Source: an uncultured Actinomycetota bacterium (GTDB taxonomy: Bacteria; Actinomycetota; Actinomycetes; Mycobacteriales; Mycobacteriaceae). Taken from it: a stretch of 64,000 bases of DNA. This document shows positions 61,394 through 64,000 of the stretch, one piece after another (position 1 is the stretch's first letter; each line of letters starts with the position of its first letter). The notes under the pieces are model-generated. The model was given only the letters and a program-made list of their open reading frames with translations, had not been told where the DNA came from and did not search any database. The position numbers and the translations under genes are program-made. The stretch is taken from NCBI GenBank assembly GCA_963721195.1, contig CAVRIH010000015.1, positions 70,349 through 134,348 of the forward strand, given 5' to 3'.

Positions 61394-64000
61394 GTGGCAG
61401 ACGGGGACCGCACTAGCGGCCGTAATGGCAATGTACGGCGACTCGTCATAGTCGAGTCGCCTACCAAGGCTCGCAAAATAGCTGGCTACCTGGGCTCCAA
61501 TTACATTGTTGAGTCCTCCCGGGGGCATATCCGGGATCTGCCGCGCAACGCCGCCGACGTGCCTGCGAAGTACAAGTCGGAGCCGTGGGCGCGCCTCGGT
61601 GTCAACGTCGAGGACAACTTCGAGCCGCTCTACATCATCAGCCCGGAGAAGAAGAGCACTGTCGCAGAGCTGAAGGACCTGCTCAAGGATGTCGACGAGC
61701 TCTATCTGGCCACAGACGGCGACCGCGAGGGCGAGGCCATCGCGTGGCACCTTCTGGAGACGCTGAAGCCCCGCATCCCGGTCAAGCGGATGGTGTTCCA
61801 CGAGATCACCGAGCCGGCCATCCGGGCCGCCGCCGACGATCCGCGGGATCTGGACAACGACCTGGTCGATGCGCAGGAGACCCGGCGAATTCTGGACCGG
61901 CTCTATGGCTACGAGGTCAGTCCGGTGCTGTGGAAAAAGGTCGCGCCGAAGCTGTCGGCCGGCCGAGTGCAGTCCGTCGCGACCCGCATCATCGTGTCAC
62001 GCGAGCGGGAACGGATGGCATTCCGCAGCGCGGGCTACTGGGACGTGACCGCCGAACTCGACGCGAGCGTGTCCAACCCGCAGGCCTCGCCACCCACGTT
62101 CACGGCCAAACTGAACTCCGTCGACGGGCGGCGGGTGGCCACCGGACGCGACTTCGACTCGCTGGGCGGTCTCCGCAAGCCCGACGAGGTACTCGTGCTC
62201 GACCAGCCCGCTGCCGGTGCGCTGGCCAGCGGACTGCGCGGCGCGCAACTCGAAGTGTCCTCAGTCGAGCAGAAGCCGTACACCCGTAAGCCTTACGCGC
62301 CGTTCATGACTTCGACACTGCAGCAGGAGGCGGGCCGAAAGCTGCGGTTCTCCTCGGAGCGCACGATGAGCATCGCGCAGCGGCTCTACGAGAACGGCTA
62401 CATCACTTATATGCGTACCGACTCGACGACACTGTCGCAGTCGGCCATCGACGCCGCGCGAAATCAGGCGAGCCAGCTTTACGGCCAGGAGTACGTGCAT
62501 CCGTCGCCGCGGCAGTACACCCGCAAGGTCAAGAACGCCCAGGAGGCTCACGAAGCCATCCGGCCCGCCGGCGACGTGTTCTCCACGCCCGGGCAGCTGC
62601 ACGCTGCGCTGGACACCGACGAGTTCCGTCTCTACGAACTGATCTGGCAGCGCACTGTCGCCTCCCAGATGGCCGACGCCCGCGGCACAACGCTGTCGCT
62701 GCGCATCTCCGGAGCGTCGAGCGACGGCCAGCAGGTGGTGTTCAGCGCCAGCGGCCGCACCATCACGTTCGCCGGCTTCCTGAAGGCCTACGTCGAGAGC
62801 ATCGACGACCAGGCTGGCGGTGAGGCCGACGACGCCGAGAGTCGACTGCCGCAGCTCGAGCAGGGGCAGCGGGTGGATGCCAAGGAGCTCACCGCGGACG
62901 GGCACACCACCTCGCCGCCCGCGCGCTACACCGAGGCGTCGCTGATCAAAGCGTTGGAGGACCTCGGCATCGGTCGGCCGTCGACGTACTCGTCGATCAT
63001 CAAGACGATCCAGGACCGCGGTTACGTCCACAAGAAGGGCAGCGCGCTGGTGCCGTCGTGGGTCGCGTTCGCCGTCATCGGGCTGCTCGAGCAGCACTTC
63101 GGACGCCTCGTCGACTACGGCTTCACCGCCGCGATGGAGGATGAACTCGACGAGATCGCCTCGGGTAATGAGCAACGCACCAACTGGCTGAACAATTTCT
63201 ACTTCGGCGGCGACCACGGCGTCGAGGATTCGATCGCCCGCTCGGGTGGCCTCAAGAAGCTTGTCGGCGTGAACCTCGAGGGCATCGATGCTCGAGAAGT
63301 CAACTCCATCAAGCTGTTCGACGACGATCAAGGCCGCGCGATCAATGTGCGTGTCGGCAAGAACGGGCCGTACCTCGAGCGCATGATTGTCGACGAGAAC
63401 GGTGAACCGGGAGAGCTCAAGCCGCAGCGGGCGAACCTCAAAGATGAGCTCACACCCGATGAGCTGACGCTTGAACTGGCCGAAAAGCTTTTCAGCACAC
63501 CGCAAGAGGGCCGCTCACTGGGTGTCGACCCGCAGTCGGGTCACGAGATCGTCGCCAAGGACGGCCGGTACGGGCCGTATGTGACCGAGGTGCTCCCCGA
63601 GCCGCCCGAGGACCCCTCGGGCGTGACGGTCAAGAAGCCCAAGAAGCCGACAGGACCCAAGCCGCGCACCGGCTCGCTGCTGCGGACGATGGACCTGGAA
63701 TCGGTGACGCTGGAGGACGCGCTCCGGCTGCTTTCACTTCCGCGCGTGGTTGGGGTTGACCCGAATACGAACGAGGAGATCACCGCGCAGAACGGCCGGT
63801 ACGGCCCGTACCTCAAGCGGGGCAGCGACTCTCGCTCCCTGGCCACCGAAGAGCAGATGTTCGACATCACCCTCGACGAAGCGCTGAAGATCTACTCGGA
63901 GCCCAAACGCCGTGGCGGACAACGAGCTTCGGCACCGCCGCTGCGCGAATTGGGCAACGACCCCGCGACGGGCAGCCCAATGGTGATCAAGGACGGCCGT
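61394..64000 (+). CDS. topA: DNA topoisomerase I, truncated by window end (absent from the ORF track)
   Basis: RLVIVESPTKA, LATDGDREGEAI, SAGRVQS, YITYMRTDS, GIGRPSTY read directly from the sequence. Confidence 0.97.
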   Translation, partial: MADGDRTSGRNGNVRRLVIVESPTKARKIAGYLGSNYIVESSRGHIRDLPRNAADVPAKYKSEPWARLGVNVEDNFEPLYIISPEKKSTVAELKDLLKDVDELYLATDGDREGEAIAWHLLETLKPRIPVKRMVFHEITEPAIRAAADDPRDLDNDLVDAQETRRILDRLYGYEVSPVLWKKVAPKLSAGRVQSVATRIIVSRERERMAFRSAGYWDVTAELDASVSNPQASPPTFTAKLNSVDGRRVATGRDFDSLGGLRKPDEVLVLDQPAAGALASGLRGAQLEVSSVEQKPYTRKPYAPFMTSTLQQEAGRKLRFSSERTMSIAQRLYENGYITYMRTDSTTLSQSAIDAARNQASQLYGQEYVHPSPRQYTRKVKNAQEAHEAIRPAGDVFSTPGQLHAALDTDEFRLYELIWQRTVASQMADARGTTLSLRISGASSDGQQVVFSASGRTITFAGFLKAYVESIDDQAGGEADDAESRLPQLEQGQRVDAKELTADGHTTSPPARYTEASLIKALEDLGIGRPSTYSSIIKTIQDRGYVHKKGSALVPSWVAFAVIGLLEQHFGRLVDYGFTAAMEDELDEIASGNEQRTNWLNNFYFGGDHGVEDSIARSGGLKKLVGVNLEGIDAREVNSIKLFDDDQGRAINVRVGKNGPYLERMIVDENGEPGELKPQRANLKDELTPDELTLELAEKLFSTPQEGRSLGVDPQSGHEIVAKDGRYGPYVTEVLPEPPEDPSGVTVKKPKKPTGPKPRTGSLLRTMDLESVTLEDALRLLSLPRVVGVDPNTNEEITAQNGRYGPYLKRGSDSRSLATEEQMFDITLDEALKIYSEPKRRGGQRASAPPLRELGNDPATGSPMVIKDGR

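Noticed and set aside
61277-63922. Minus-strand and off-frame ORFs at the window end
   Set aside because: Shadows of topA, which the track omitted because it has no stop codon within the window

Overview
High-GC mycobacterial chromosomal segment, most likely a rapid-growing Mycolicibacterium. It is colinear with the M. tuberculosis Rv3706c-Rv3646c interval but lacks the PE/PE_PGRS, vapBC and dpp genes found there. Core content: egtABCDE, glpK, the RDD/SpoIIM/DUF58/MoxR/DUF4350/DUF4129 cluster, tRNA-Pro(CGG), a PLP cysteine synthase-family gene, ponA2, whiB4, two ArsA ATPases, crp, nth-marP, acs, the Ms1 and 6C RNAs, the ssd-tad/flp pilus locus, a DUF1998 helicase, cspA and the 5' part of topA. 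The most interesting accessory region is a ~4 kb block next to tRNA-Pro (24628-28570) in which all four transcription units carry a SigF-type promoter. It encodes an F420-dependent LLM oxidoreductase, a 54-aa acidic peptide, a 223-aa minimal catalase-fold protein, an NPPY methyltransferase, a CDGSH Fe-S protein and a heme-oxygenase-like diiron enzyme; this is the best candidate for an undescribed system. Several single-base indels (AraC gene, RDD gene, crp, tadE) suggest assembly errors. No CRISPR array, integrase or transposase was seen. All family and Rv assignments come from motif recognition and recalled synteny; no database search was run.
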